A DNA stretch of 64,000 nt from Podarcis erhardii. Taxonomy: Eukaryota. This document shows positions 23,679 to 35,150 of the stretch, piece after piece; positions within the stretch are counted from its first letter, which is position 1; each line of letters opens with the position of its first letter. Both the position numbers and the translations under genes were made by a program. The DNA lies in the NCBI GenBank assembly GCA_964252035.1, contig OZ176214.1, one strand, 5' to 3'. Below the pieces are notes generated by a model. That model had not been told where the DNA came from and made no database searches. It worked only from the letters and a program-made list of their open reading frames with translations.

Positions 23679-24829
23679 GTAAGATGCCTTGTCAAACAGT
23701 GTAGCCCACAAATCAGGGAAGATAGCTTGATTCTAAATATGTAAGCAGAATTATTTAACCTTTTCACATTATGTAACTTGCAATCATCCCAGTTTCAGAA
23801 ATTTCAGTTGTTTCTTTGCGTTTCTGAATTATGTGGTTAAATTATGTCTACCCACTCTGTTCTTGTGACGTTTCTGCATATTCTTCCAAAAAATTGTAGA
23901 AATGGAAAAGCATCCATAGTGTCCCTGATGGTCTTTTGGAAAAGGTTGCGAGGAACAGCTTTGTTCCTATTTGTGCTGATCTTCGTACCTCAAGCAGAAA
24001 ACTAGTGCAAAAAGTGTGACAACATGCTTTAAAAACGTGCTTATTAAATATTTTTTGTGATACAAAACAAATAAACAAGGAAAAGTACATATAGTGTCTC
24101 CACTTTCAACTCATAGAGTCTTTTTCACAGTTTGCTTACGTTTGGTATGAGACACTATTGTCACAGACTTAGGGGGAACAGGAGAGAAAAAGAAGGAGGG
24201 AGAGGGTTGGGGGGATAGTGGTCTTTTCATTCTATTGTGCAAGATTTTTGTGTCAGCATTTCATGGGTAGGTCCTTTATTTATATAGTTATTGATTTTTA
24301 TTGGCATTGTGAGAGATTGGAGAGTCCAGAGCTTGGTTGGTTGCGTTCAGTTGGCTGCAGTATGGTTTGTTTGTTTGTTTGTTTGTTTGTATGTGTGTGG
24401 AAGGGTGGTGTTGTGTCAGATTGGCCATATTGATTTGTATGCTGTTGTTGGGAACAAGTCATTGTCTTGTTAGACAGTATGCTTTTTAGAACATCATTTC
24501 CTATCCCACCTTAAAGGATGCTGGACAGGACAGAGCAAAATCCTATGAACTGTAGAAAGAGTGCTGGTGTGGACATAACCTGAATATAATTGTTTTTAGA
24601 AGCCTTAAGGTTTAATTTGAGTTTCCTGTAAGTCACCTCTTTGGACAGTCCTTTGCCCAACTTATTTCATATTTTTAATTTTTAAAATTACATTTCTATA
24701 CTGTCCTTCATCTGAGGGTCACGGGGCGGTTTACAATGTTAGCATCCATCTGTCTAGGGAGATAATTGAAGAGCTCACCTTTGGGGGTAAAGTCAAACCA
24801 CTGGAGAGTTAAACCCCCCTCTTTGGCTG

Positions 24830-25140
24830 TAGAGTCCAGTAGGGCAGATGAAGACGTTTGGTTTTGCTGCTGCAGGTGCACCGTGGCATTTCTTCTCTTT
24901 GTGCTCCTTTCAGTGGCCATTCATCCTCTGGTCACTGCTGTGGACACACAGCCTGACTGTCTGTCTCCAGGCATTGCAATTGTCTGTAAGGGATTGCCAT
25001 ACAGTGGCAACCCCAGCCTCCATGTCACATTTGCAGACATCTTTGTAACACAGAGTCAGTCTGCCAGCAGGCCTAGTCCGTGAAGCCAGCTCCACTTGGA
25101 GCACATCCTTAGGGATCCTGCCATCTTCCATTCTGTGTAG
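24830..25140 (-). mobile_element. RTE-clade LINE 3' coding remnant
   Basis: Minus-strand peptide MEDGRIPKDVLQVELASRTRPAGRLTLCYKDVCKCDM matches the RTE ORF C-terminal pattern (MxDxRIPKxxLYGEL...GRPxLRYKDVCKRD). Confidence 0.8.
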
Positions 25141-25559
25141 CTGACTAAACTAGTGTGGATATTTCTGAAACAGAAATGTGAGCATGCTAGGAATGTGGGC
25201 TTGGGAGAGCACATCTTTGTTTGAGACTCTGCCCTGCCATGTGATGCCCAAAATCTACCTGATGCAACACAAGTGAAAGGCATTGCGGCTTTGCTCCTAG
25301 CAGGTGTAAGTTGCCCATGACTCGCTTCTATAAAACAAGTGTGCATAGCATAGTAACAAGCAAAACATAGTCAGGATGGCGAAAAATAGCACTGAAATTA
25401 TTGCTATTTTTGTAGATTCTGTTTTCATGTTGCATTTTTGTATTTTATGGTTTTAATTTTTACTTCTAAACTATCAACAGAAGTATTGTTATTGGATATA
25501 TACATATTGAAAATGAAATAACGAATAATGGTGGTGAGAGTTTGCTAGTTGGCAAGTTA

Positions 25560-25750
25560 GAGAAGAGGCATATCTCAGTGGCAGAGCATCTGCTTTGCAC
25601 ACCGAAGGTCCCAGATTCAGCCTCCAGCCTCTCAAGATGGTACTGGGATAGAATCCCTGTCTGAAATCCTGGAGAGCTGCTGCCACTCAGTGTAGACAAC
25701 ACTGAGCTAGGTGGACCAATATTCTGACTTGGTAGAAGCTGCTTTCTAGA
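25560..25750 (+). mobile_element. tRNA-derived squamate SINE
   Basis: ctcagtggcagagcatctgctttgcac...gtcccagattc head and ccactcagtgtagacaacactgagctaggtggacc body. Confidence 0.8.
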
Positions 25751-26145
25751 CACCCATAGAACATTGTAAAGTGGCACCTTGGACTAAACCATTGGTGGGT
25801 AAGTTGTGGCACCAATGACTCTCTTGTCATCCCTGACTTTTGGCTATGCTGGGAAATGAGAGTCCAACAATACATGGAGGGCCACAGGTTAGCCATCCTA
25901 GGGTTAAACAGTATAATAACAAGATGAACTTACTAATACTTCTTGAGCTTCACACACATGCGCATACCTGTTTCACGTTTGCACTATAATACTGACTGTA
26001 TTGTTGGTTGCATTTTACAGGTGTTTTAATTAGAAAGAGGAGGAAGAAGCAATAACTTTGAAATGCCTGATAGCAGTTTTGTATAAACGTAGGCTTGTGA
26101 TATACTGGCATGCCTTAATATCTTCTGTTCTGTTTCTTTCTTTAG

Positions 26146-26324
26146 AGCAAGCCACTCTGAACCATAACACCATCCTTGTTGTGACATGTGGGTCTGTCAA
26201 ATTTGATGGGAGCAAGCAGCAGTACTTCAATCAGAACTTCTTGTTAACAGCACAAACCACAAACAACAACACAGTGTGGAAGATTGCGAGTGACTGCTTC
26301 CGCTTCCAGGACTGCCCTAATTAG
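26146..26324 (+). CDS. NXT2: NXT2 coding exon 4 ([22 protein letters not shown]...[15 protein letters not shown])
   Basis: Acceptor ctttctttag at 26145, stop TAG at 26322-26324. The four exons total 429 nt = 142 aa plus stop, the length of the short human NXT2 isoform. The intron-containing structure and synteny distinguish it from the NXT1 retrogene. Confidence 0.97.
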
Positions 26325-26616
26325 TGGGCAGCAGCAGTTGGCTATGCTTCCTCTGGACAAGATAATTGGCTTTCAGGATGGTCGTACTCTGGATGTGAGA
26401 ATGTACCTTCTCTTTGAAAGAAACTTCCTCTTGCCAGGAATTACCAACTTCAGAACAGCAAAAATCAAACTTACTTATTTAAGAATGCTGGTCTGTGGCT
26501 TCGGTATTTAAATCAATATAGGAAAATACTCTTATGGTTTACTTGCATTGATGACTCATTCATACACATTGTATACAGGCACCTTCTGTCACAAGTTGTA
26601 TTTGTTTTGGTGAGAA

Positions 26617-26622
26617 ATTAAA
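26617..26622 (+). terminator. NXT2: Candidate NXT2 polyadenylation signal ATTAAA (second candidate at 27131-27136)
   Basis: First PAS-type hexamers seen downstream of the stop codon. Actual use is unknown. Confidence 0.35.
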
Positions 26623-27189
26623 ATAGCTGTAACAACAAGGTGAGGATGCAGATCCTGACTAACTTGAAGTCTTCCTAGAATCTGAAAATCTTGGTGCAAA
26701 TAAGTACAGCTGGGAGAAGATTGTGTGAAGGAGAATGATAATTGTCTCTGGGCTTCCATGTATTTCTAGTAAAGGAAGCTATTGGAGAGTTATTAGGAAG
26801 ACCTCAACACCCTGAGGCTATTTTTTTTAGCTGCTTTGGAACTGCTTTTGATACACTATGTTGCTTTGTGCTGTTTTATCTATGATTTGTTGAGTTTGTA
26901 TGTAACCATTTAACTGGCTACATAAAAAATATATATTATTTTTTTAAAGGGGGGGGGGTTGGAAGAGAGATTTTGACTCTTTTGTAGCAGAGTTACGCCC
27001 AATGGTGATTGCTCCAAGCATATTAAAACTTGGTTACATTTTGCATCTACCCTCATCCACCTTTAAATATTGGTTTCCCCATGAAAATACTTGAGCTGGA
27101 ATGCATCATAGACACTTAGCTTTGCAAATAATTAAACTGCTTGCATCCACCAGGATCTTAACTCTGCTGTTACAGCAGAGGTGACCAAG

Positions 27190-28420
27190 GAGTGTCCAGA
27201 GCACTGTCTAGTCCTGTTGTGTTGGATGAGTTTCAGTTGGTAAGGATCGAGAATGTAGACAAGGTGCTTGGATTGATCAGGACGGCCATTTGCATTCTGG
27301 AACTTAGTTCATCTTGGATGATAAAAACTAGCAGGGAGGAGCCAGGTGGCTGGACCAGGGAGGTGATTAATGTCTCCTTGCAAGAGAGGGTGGTCCCTGC
27401 CTGCTTGAAGGAGGCCACTCCTTAAGAAAGCCACTCCTTAAGAAACCCTCACTGAACTCGGAAAATCTAAGGACTCAGAAAAACTATTGGCCAGTTCCTA
27501 ATCTCCCCTTAGGCAAGGCCCTGGAGTGGGTGGCCACAGATCAGATCCAGGTGCTCTTGGAGGAAACTGATTTTCTGTATACATTTCAATTGGGATTTAG
27601 GCCCAGTTTTGTCATAGGAACTGTTTTGGTCACCCTGTATGATGACCACTGTTAGGAGAGAGACGGAAAATGTCTCCTTGTTAATTCTTGACCTCATGGT
27701 ATCCTGGAGCAGCTGTCCAAATTGTTGGAATATTCTGTTCCACCTTAAGGAACAGGCATGATTGTTGTATGTCACATATCTGTTTACACTCCAGCACAGT
27801 ATGCTGGGAACTTCCGTTTGTGTATTGCTTTTGCTTTAGTTTTCTTGCTTTGGACACGAAGGAGATTAGACATGTTTCCTTTTGCCCTGATGTACGCTGA
27901 ATAAACTGCTTGTAAATATGCTCACACAACAACTCCTGCCTCTTCTGTTTGCGCGGCGTTTACTCTGCTGAGTAGCGTGCCCTAGCTTCTGAAGCTCGGG
28001 TTGGAGATTCATGCTGCACCAAGGACTGGAGTTCGCCCAGTACACCGGCCGGTGCATGCCAACACAAATTGGGGGTGGGTGGCACTCCTTTGTGGTGGTT
28101 CCAGTTGTACTTGTGTGGTCGTTTCAAGGGAGTGATGCTTGGGAAGTTCTTCACCTTGGAGCCTTCAGTGTGGGGTTTCTCAGGGTTCAATTTTATCCCC
28201 CATGCTGTTTAACATCTACATGAAACTCCGGAGTACGTTGCCAGCAACCAAGCTCAGCATACTGCCTTTACACCTGCCGGTGAGGCAGTGGTTGTACTTG
28301 ACCATTGTCTTGCCTCAGTAACGGACTGGGTAAGAGCCAACAAATTGAAGCTCAATCCAGGTAAGACTGAAGCACTGTTAGTAGGAGGTTCCCTAGACTG
28401 GTTGGATGGGAGGTTGCCTC
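27190..28420 (+). mobile_element. Old, fragmented L2 LINE (RT region), interrupted at about 27750-28110
   Basis: Degenerate peptides LDEFQLVRIENVDKVLG...PACLKEA and CGVSQGSILSPMLFNIYMK resemble L2 RT. Many stops and frameshifts. Confidence 0.75.
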
Positions 28421-28786
28421 AGAAGCAGTAAAAATAGATTTTTATGGTTTTGGGGGGGTGAAAATGTTGGAGAATTCTTGTCTCATGCTACTGCCATACC
28501 CACACTGTAGGGGTTCATTAGCACATGGGTGTAGGTGGGTGTCATCCTTTGGCCTCTATATATTGAAAACACGTAAGGCTATTTCACTGGGTTACACAAG
28601 TTAGCCATCCCTCTTGATGATGCCACAAACGCCAGCCACGTGGTGGTTTGTGTGAATGAGTCCTATATGAGTATCTGCATACTCATTTTGGGCTCCACAC
28701 AAGGTAGAACCCTAGGCCAATTGGGTTTTCTTATCATGTGGAATTGTACTTGTGTGTGTTTGATGGTACAAATGTGTGGGGCCCTT

Positions 28787-29700
28787 TGAGTTTGGGTGTA
28801 ACCTTCAACGCCTCCCTCTCCATGGAGGCACAGGGTGCAGCTACTGCAAAGGTGGCATTTTTCCATCTCCGCCGTATCAAACAGTTGGTCCCTTACCTTT
28901 CCTGCCCTGATTTGGCCACAGTGATCCATGTGACAGTCACCTCCTGGCTTGATTACTGTAACTCGCTCTACGCAGGGCTGCACTTGAAGTTGTTCCAGAA
29001 ACTCCAGCAGGTGCAGAATGCCGCGGCGAGGCTCTTTACGGGGTCCTTGCCGCGGGACCACATTCACCCAGTGCTTTTCCAGCTGCACTGGCTCCCGGTG
29101 GAGTACAGGGTCAGGTTTAAGGTGCTGGTTTTAACCTTTAAAGCCCTTTGTGGCCTAGGACCCTCGTACCTACGGGACTGCCTCTCCCGGTATGCCCCAC
29201 GGAGAGCCTCAAGGTCCATAAATAGCAACAACCTAGAGGTCCCGGGCCCTAAGGAAGTCAGATTAGCCTCAACCAGGGCCAGGGCCTTTTCAACACTGGC
29301 TCCGGCCTGGTGGAATGCTCTGTCTCATGAGACCAGGGGCCTGCGGGATCTGATTTCTTTTTGCAGGGCCTGTAAGACAGAGCTGTTCTGCCTGGCCTTT
29401 AGCTTGGAATCAGCCTGATCCCCCCACCTTTCCTTTTCCTTCTGTGATGGAACCCCTATTTGGGGACTTCCCTGGCTTTTTTCTGGCCAACATAGGACCA
29501 GTCTGGATAGTTGGCCTTGGTGAAGATTTGACGTTTCCTCCCCCAAACAGTTTTTGATCTGGGCTTCCACTGAAATGAGGCTGCATTTTAAGTTGTATTT
29601 TAATCCTGTTTTTAAGTTGTATTTTAATCAATTGTTTTTATACCTGATGTTAGCCGCCCTGAGGCTGGTCTTGACTGGGGAGGGCGGGGTATAAATAAAA

Positions 29701-29752
<52 letters not shown>
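28787..29752 (+). mobile_element. 5'-truncated L2 LINE with (TAT)n tail
   Basis: ORF 28738-29418 contains SLGVTFNASLSME...SWLDYCNSLYAG...HWLPVEYRVRFKVL (L2 ORF2 C-terminus). 3' end ttagccgccctgag...tataaataaaa plus (tat)n. Confidence 0.9.
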
Positions 29753-29851
29753 TATTTCACACAGCCTTTGCATAAAAAGCCATTGTGGTGAGTGGTTGTT
29801 TCATTGGCAAGAGGGCTGGGCTAACCAGAATGACCCAGCAACTCCTTCATC

Positions 29852-29944
29852 CTAGGGTTGCTATATTTCAAAAAGTGAAAATCTGGACACAAAAGTTGTG
29901 GTACTTTTTTAGTTTTGTCCAAATTCCGAATGTATGGCTATCCT
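29852..29944. mobile_element. Short DNA element with tagggttgc(c/t)a termini (partial copies at about 3420-3480 and 32690-32738)
   Basis: tagggttgctatatttcaaaaagtgaaaa ... tggctatccta inverted ends. The same 5' motif recurs in the other copies. Confidence 0.6.
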
Positions 29945-31369
29945 ATTTCATCCAAGGTTTCAATGTATGAACAGGGTGATGGGTGAGATGAATTGCTCAA
30001 TGTGGACGAGGTTGCGGCAAAAGACACACATTTGCTGAAAGGCAGTAAGCCTCTGTTCATAGATGAAGTGATGGAATCCCATGTTATGCAGTAAATAGTG
30101 TTGGGCAGCCTCTCCTGAGAAAGAGCCCCCCTCAAGTGCCTTACACCTTATATAGTGGGGAGAAAAACATTGTCTGTGGATGGCCTGTCTGAACCATCTG
30201 AAAGACAAAGCCTCCTCTTGTGATTAATCAATATTTTGGGATGGCTTTTTGTGCAGCCTTCAGAATAATTCTGTGTGTAGAATTGGACTGTTTGGCTCAG
30301 ATGATGAGTGACACCTCAGACAACTGTGAAATTTTATCTAGTTCTTAGTCTATAGTAACAGTGTTTTTCTTGTTCAATCACAGCATTGTAACAGTGTTTT
30401 TCTTGTTCAATTTGTAGGCTGTTAAAAAAAGAATATTTACCGCATAATGCTTTACTGCTAACTCAAAAACATTTGACAAAGACATGTGCATTTGCATGTG
30501 ATTTATTCTTCCTGATGTTTCATTGTGCAGGCATTTGTCTTTGTATTAGCAGGAGTCCTATGTGATAAAGTAGAATGCCCCTGGGTATGCTGTAATCTTT
30601 TTTAAAAAAATGTACATAAACCTTATGCATACTTTCAACCATAAATGTATGGCATTGGAATTAAATTATTTTTTACTTTACAGAAGCTTCAAAGGATATG
30701 CAACTGAAGAATGGTGTGAGGCCCATTAATATAATTTGCCTTTCTTTTGAAATCATTTTTTATTTGGTTTTTACAATGCAAAATTATAAAAAAAGTAATT
30801 ACATATCCATATGGAGAGATTCCTCCGAATCTCAGGACTATATAATTTGCCTTTCAAAAATGTTCTTTCTGAAAGACACTGTATTAGAGAAATCTTTCCA
30901 TCCAGAAGCTTTTACATATACAAGAGTCTCACCAAATTGTGGGAATGTGGACTGAAACATGACTATAAAGAGGTGCTACATTCATAGAAGGGTCTCTCCA
31001 GCTAACTTGCTTTTTCTTTGCCTTCCTTTGCCATGGCTCACCCTTCTTTACACCACCTGCTTCCTCACTTGTCCTAAATCTTCACCCAGCCCAGCTCTAC
31101 CTTCCTTGATGTCTCCTAAATTCTGCCTATTTTGCTTTTGCCATGCCCCATTTTACGCCACCTTCTTCCTGCCTGCCCCACTTCATTATAGCTCGGCCTT
31201 AGAACTATGTTACGATGCATGTGGCTGTTGTAACGTATGTGGAAATATGGCCTACGGACAGGAAAATCAGATTACCCACCCTGGCAAAATGTCATTCTTG
31301 AAACCTTGATGTCTAGTACTTTCTTTTAACAGTAGAGGGAACTGGGGCTTAGTCAATTGCTCACTCACA

Positions 31370-31640
31370 GCTGCTACTGCCCCTATTCTCTTGATGCTAG
31401 ACAAGGGCTAAACAAATTCAAAGAGGTTATCCAGTGGCTACTAGCCACAATAGCTATGCTCTGCCTCCACAGCAATGCTTTTGAATGCAAGTTACTGGAA
31501 ACCATGGGAGGAAAGAGTGCTCTAGTGCATGAATCCTGCATGTGGGTTCACCACAGGCATCTGGTTGGTCACTGTGAGAACAGGATGCTGGACTAGATGG
31601 GGCATTGGCCTGATCCAGCAGGCTCTTATGTTTTTATGCA
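31370..31640 (+). mobile_element. Older CR1-type LINE 3' end
   Basis: gagaacaggatgctggactagatggggcattggcctgatccagcaggctcttatg terminus. A reverse copy lies at about 58160-58420. Confidence 0.7.
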
Positions 31641-34049
31641 GGACATCAAGTCCCAAATGCAGGTAGGACAAGAGTGAACCATGACAACAAAATTAGGGGC
31701 ACGTGAAGTCTGCCCCTCGGAAATGTAGTGGAAAGCTAATCATTGCAGTAACTTGTCACAAATACAGTAATTAGAAAAAGTCACAGAAATGGTATATTAA
31801 TCTAAATCAAGGTAGAAAAAACAAAACACTGGAAATATAAACACTCCCATCTCCCAAATACATGCAGTTGCTAGGTGTATCAAGGTCTACACATGAAGTG
31901 TATCAAAGTCTATACATGGGTATAAAATTGCTCCAAAGTCCATGAACACAACAGGCAAAATATTAATCCATTTCAGATTATTATTCTCTCGACAGGAACA
32001 AACAAGCACTCGCTTGCTTCATTTCTAAATGCACTGCAGTGTTTGACATGTTGGACCTTTATCAAAGGAACAGAAAATTCCCTGTTACTGAAAATGACCA
32101 TCGTTTACAAGGATAATAAATACCGTAGTCGTTTATTATCACTGTGGAGCTGCAAAATTCTGTTGATAGTGGACTTAGGCTGAAGTTTAAGGTCAACCAG
32201 TAAAATACCTAAGAGAGACTATAACAGGTCCCTGCTGTCAGCCAAATGTTTTTGCTTCCCAGTAACCGCAAATTACAACTGTCATTTATTATCACTGAAC
32301 TGGAGCCAGATTAAGTTAGTTGCACTTAAATCTTATTCAAACAAATTTGATAAGTCACAATTGATTTTAATGGGTCTTCAGCACAACTAACTTATAGTGC
32401 AATCCTATGCACGTTATTCAAAGGTAAGTCTCAATGTGTTAATAAGTATTTAGGATTGCAGCCTTAGAGTGCAATTCTATAAATGTCTACCTAGAGGTTA
32501 GTCCCACTGAGTTCAATGGGGTTTACTCTTCTCTCTATACACACACACATATACCCCATTGAACACATTGAGAGAGATTGTAGACACTAAGAAAGTCACA
32601 GAAGTCAGCAGAAGACATTCATTCCTCAGTTACATTGCATTTGAAGGCAAGTTCATTGTTTTAAAATCTTCCCACTGGTATATAAAAAAGCAATTTTGGG
32701 GTGTCCTGGTTTTTACTTTTTGAAATATGGCAATCTACACCGGGAAGAAGACAATTCCATATAGATGTTGGCAACAGGACCTAGCATTTTTTATTATTTA
32801 AAACATTACTTTGCTGCTCTTTAATTCAAAATTTTCAGGATAGTTTGTGATATTTAATACAAACACTATAAAAAGCATAAGAAAGGGGGTTTGGGGGTTG
32901 TTGTTTTTTAAAAAAATGACACCTAAAAAATGATCAAACGTACACCAGAGGTTAAAAGCTTGGGAGGGAAATCTTGCCTGATACCTAATGGTATTCTTGA
33001 TGCAGGCCAGCCTTTCCCAACCTGGTTCTACTGACTGTTCTTGATAGGTGTTGTAGTCCAAAACACCCGGAGGACCCCAGGTTGTTTAAGGCTGTGTCAA
33101 GAGATCCAGAACACTTTCCAGCTGAAGAGAAAATGGCAGAGCATGCAAGACTGGAGGTAGCCCACCACCCCTACTGAAAAGTAGAGGCACTGGTATTCAT
33201 TTCTGGGGCAGGGGGTCCTCTCTTCCTCTGGGGGCAATTAAAGAGAACAAAAGGTTTGTGCTGTTAAAATCCAAAGCGGTGTCATACCAGGTCTCCAACC
33301 TCAACACACACACCCTTCCAACCCGCATGGCTTGCTCTCTTTGTTTCCCTGGCCAGCACCCCTCCTCTTAGGACTATTGATGGGCTGTGCAGCTGCTGAG
33401 GGTTGCAGGGGGCTGTTGCGGTGGGGAGAGAAGCTTGGAACTCAGGGCCCCAGAAAAGTATTTGCTTGAATGTCAGGGTTTGTGTGTTCACAGCCAAAGC
33501 TCATTGTAACATGATATTTTGAAGATAAATTATCCTCTCCTTTCCAGGGTGGTGGGCACCTTTTAATTGGAAACCCATCATCAAAATGGAGGTTAAGCAG
33601 CAAAACAGCTACAGATACTTTATATGAAATCCTCTCCATCACAGGGCTGCCTGCACAATATAAAGCACATTCCAGTGCCCACCACCCTGAAAGAATCTTA
33701 TCTTCACACCCTTAACAAATTACAGTTCCCAGGATTCTTTTGGGTTGTGGGCAGCGGAATGTGCTTTAAATGTATGGTGTGCAGGCAGACTTTTAAGTCC
33801 TGCAAGCTCCCAAGGGAACCAATAAACCTGTCTGTCTTCCAAACAGAGCCAGAGATGGATCCCAGTCCTGGTGACTTGTGTTCTCTAAGGGAGAGAGCAT
33901 CCCACGGTTAACTCCACCACCACATGGCCTCTGGCATATGTGTCCACTGATTTGTTTTGCAGTCAGCACAGTCTAATCTGGAGATGGAGAACCTAAGTTT
34001 CCCCCAGATGCATTTAAAGCACATGGCTACCCCGGAAGAATCATAGGAG

Positions 34050-35150
34050 CTGGAAGTCTTAGTGGGAACATCCGGGGGGACGGGGACGGGACAGGTTCTG
34101 CACCGCTGGTGTAAATACCTATATATACCTGCACAGCACAACGCTCCCTCCGCTTAAGACTAATTACAACGCTGAGCACCGAACCGTCTTTTTGCCTAGC
34201 GCCATCTGCCTCCCCATTCAAAGCTTGCACGCGGCTTCCTCGTGGGGCAAATGAAGCTTCTTGGTTAATTTTTGTTGTTGTTTCTTTGCCCCCGCCGAGC
34301 TGAGAGGCGCAGGTCGCAGTTCAGAATTCCAGCCTTTGAGCGGACCGCACCCCCCACCCCCGAGAGCACTTCTTCAGATTTGGGGTGGGCCGATCCGATC
34401 CTCCTCCGGAGCCTTCCCGCTCTCTCACAGATGCTCGCTGTCGTCGCCGCTGCTCCCCCTCTCCCCCCCGGCAGCCGCCGGCATCCCCTCGCCCAGGCTA
34501 GGCTCCCCGGCCGCCACCGCCAGCTTCGCTCCTGGTCCTCCTGCACCCCTTCCCAGGCTTCCCGCTCTCGCCGTCCAGTCGCTCTCGATGTACAAGTGGT
34601 AAGGGTCGTGCTTGGACTCCAGCTTCCTGGAGCGCGTGTAGGCCAGGATCAGACCCCCGGCCAGGCAGCCGTAGAATATCATGATGAGCAAGATGTACAG
34701 GTAAGCGTCGTCTGCGCCCGCTTTGCTGCCCGACGCTGTCGCCTGGCTTGGCGCCGGGAGTGAGTCGTCGAGGGGGCTGCTGCCTCTGCGGATGGCATTG
34801 GGAGCAGCGCCGCCGCCGCCGTGCAGCTCCTGCCAGAGCCGGCTCAGGAGGACCTGGATTCGGAGGCTTTCGCTGCAGTTCATCGGACCCTGCATCCGCC
34901 GCCTTGGCACGCTTGCTAGCCTCTGGTCCCTTTTGGCCTCCTTGCTCCGCGCCCCTTTCCTTGCAGGCGCGCACCGCCCGCCCAGCAGCAACACAGCCGT
35001 TGCCTGCTGGCCTCTCACGCCTCGGCCATCTGCTTCTCGCCTGGCGCTGGAGGGACAAAGGCGTCTGCAGCCTACCCCACCCCACCCCCTTGCGGGAGAA
35101 AGCAGGGGGCGCCTGCCTCTCCCCCTCTCTCGGCCGCCGGCCACCCAGAA
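34050..35150. promoter_or_regulatory. KCNE5: CpG island covering KCNE5 and its 5' region
   Basis: Abrupt GC- and CpG-rich block in otherwise AT-rich DNA. Confidence 0.85.
34425..34883 (-). CDS. KCNE5: Potassium channel beta subunit KCNE5 (KCNE1L/MiRP4), intronless, 152 aa
   Basis: MNCSES N-terminus and DDAYLYILLIMIFYGCLAGGLILAYTRSRK transmembrane/juxtamembrane segment closely match human KCNE5. Located between NXT2 and ACSL4 as in human. Confidence 0.95.
   Translation of the reverse strand: MNCSESLRIQVLLSRLWQELHGGGGAAPNAIRRGSSPLDDSLPAPSQATASGSKAGADDAYLYILLIMIFYGCLAGGLILAYTRSRKLESKHDPYHLYIESDWTARAGSLGRGAGGPGAKLAVAAGEPSLGEGMPAAAGGERGSSGDDSEHL

Noticed and set aside
34884-35144. 87-aa N-terminal extension of KCNE5 given by the ORF track (239 aa)
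   Set aside because: The track start at 35144 is GTG, not ATG, and the extension is low-complexity with no KCNE homology.
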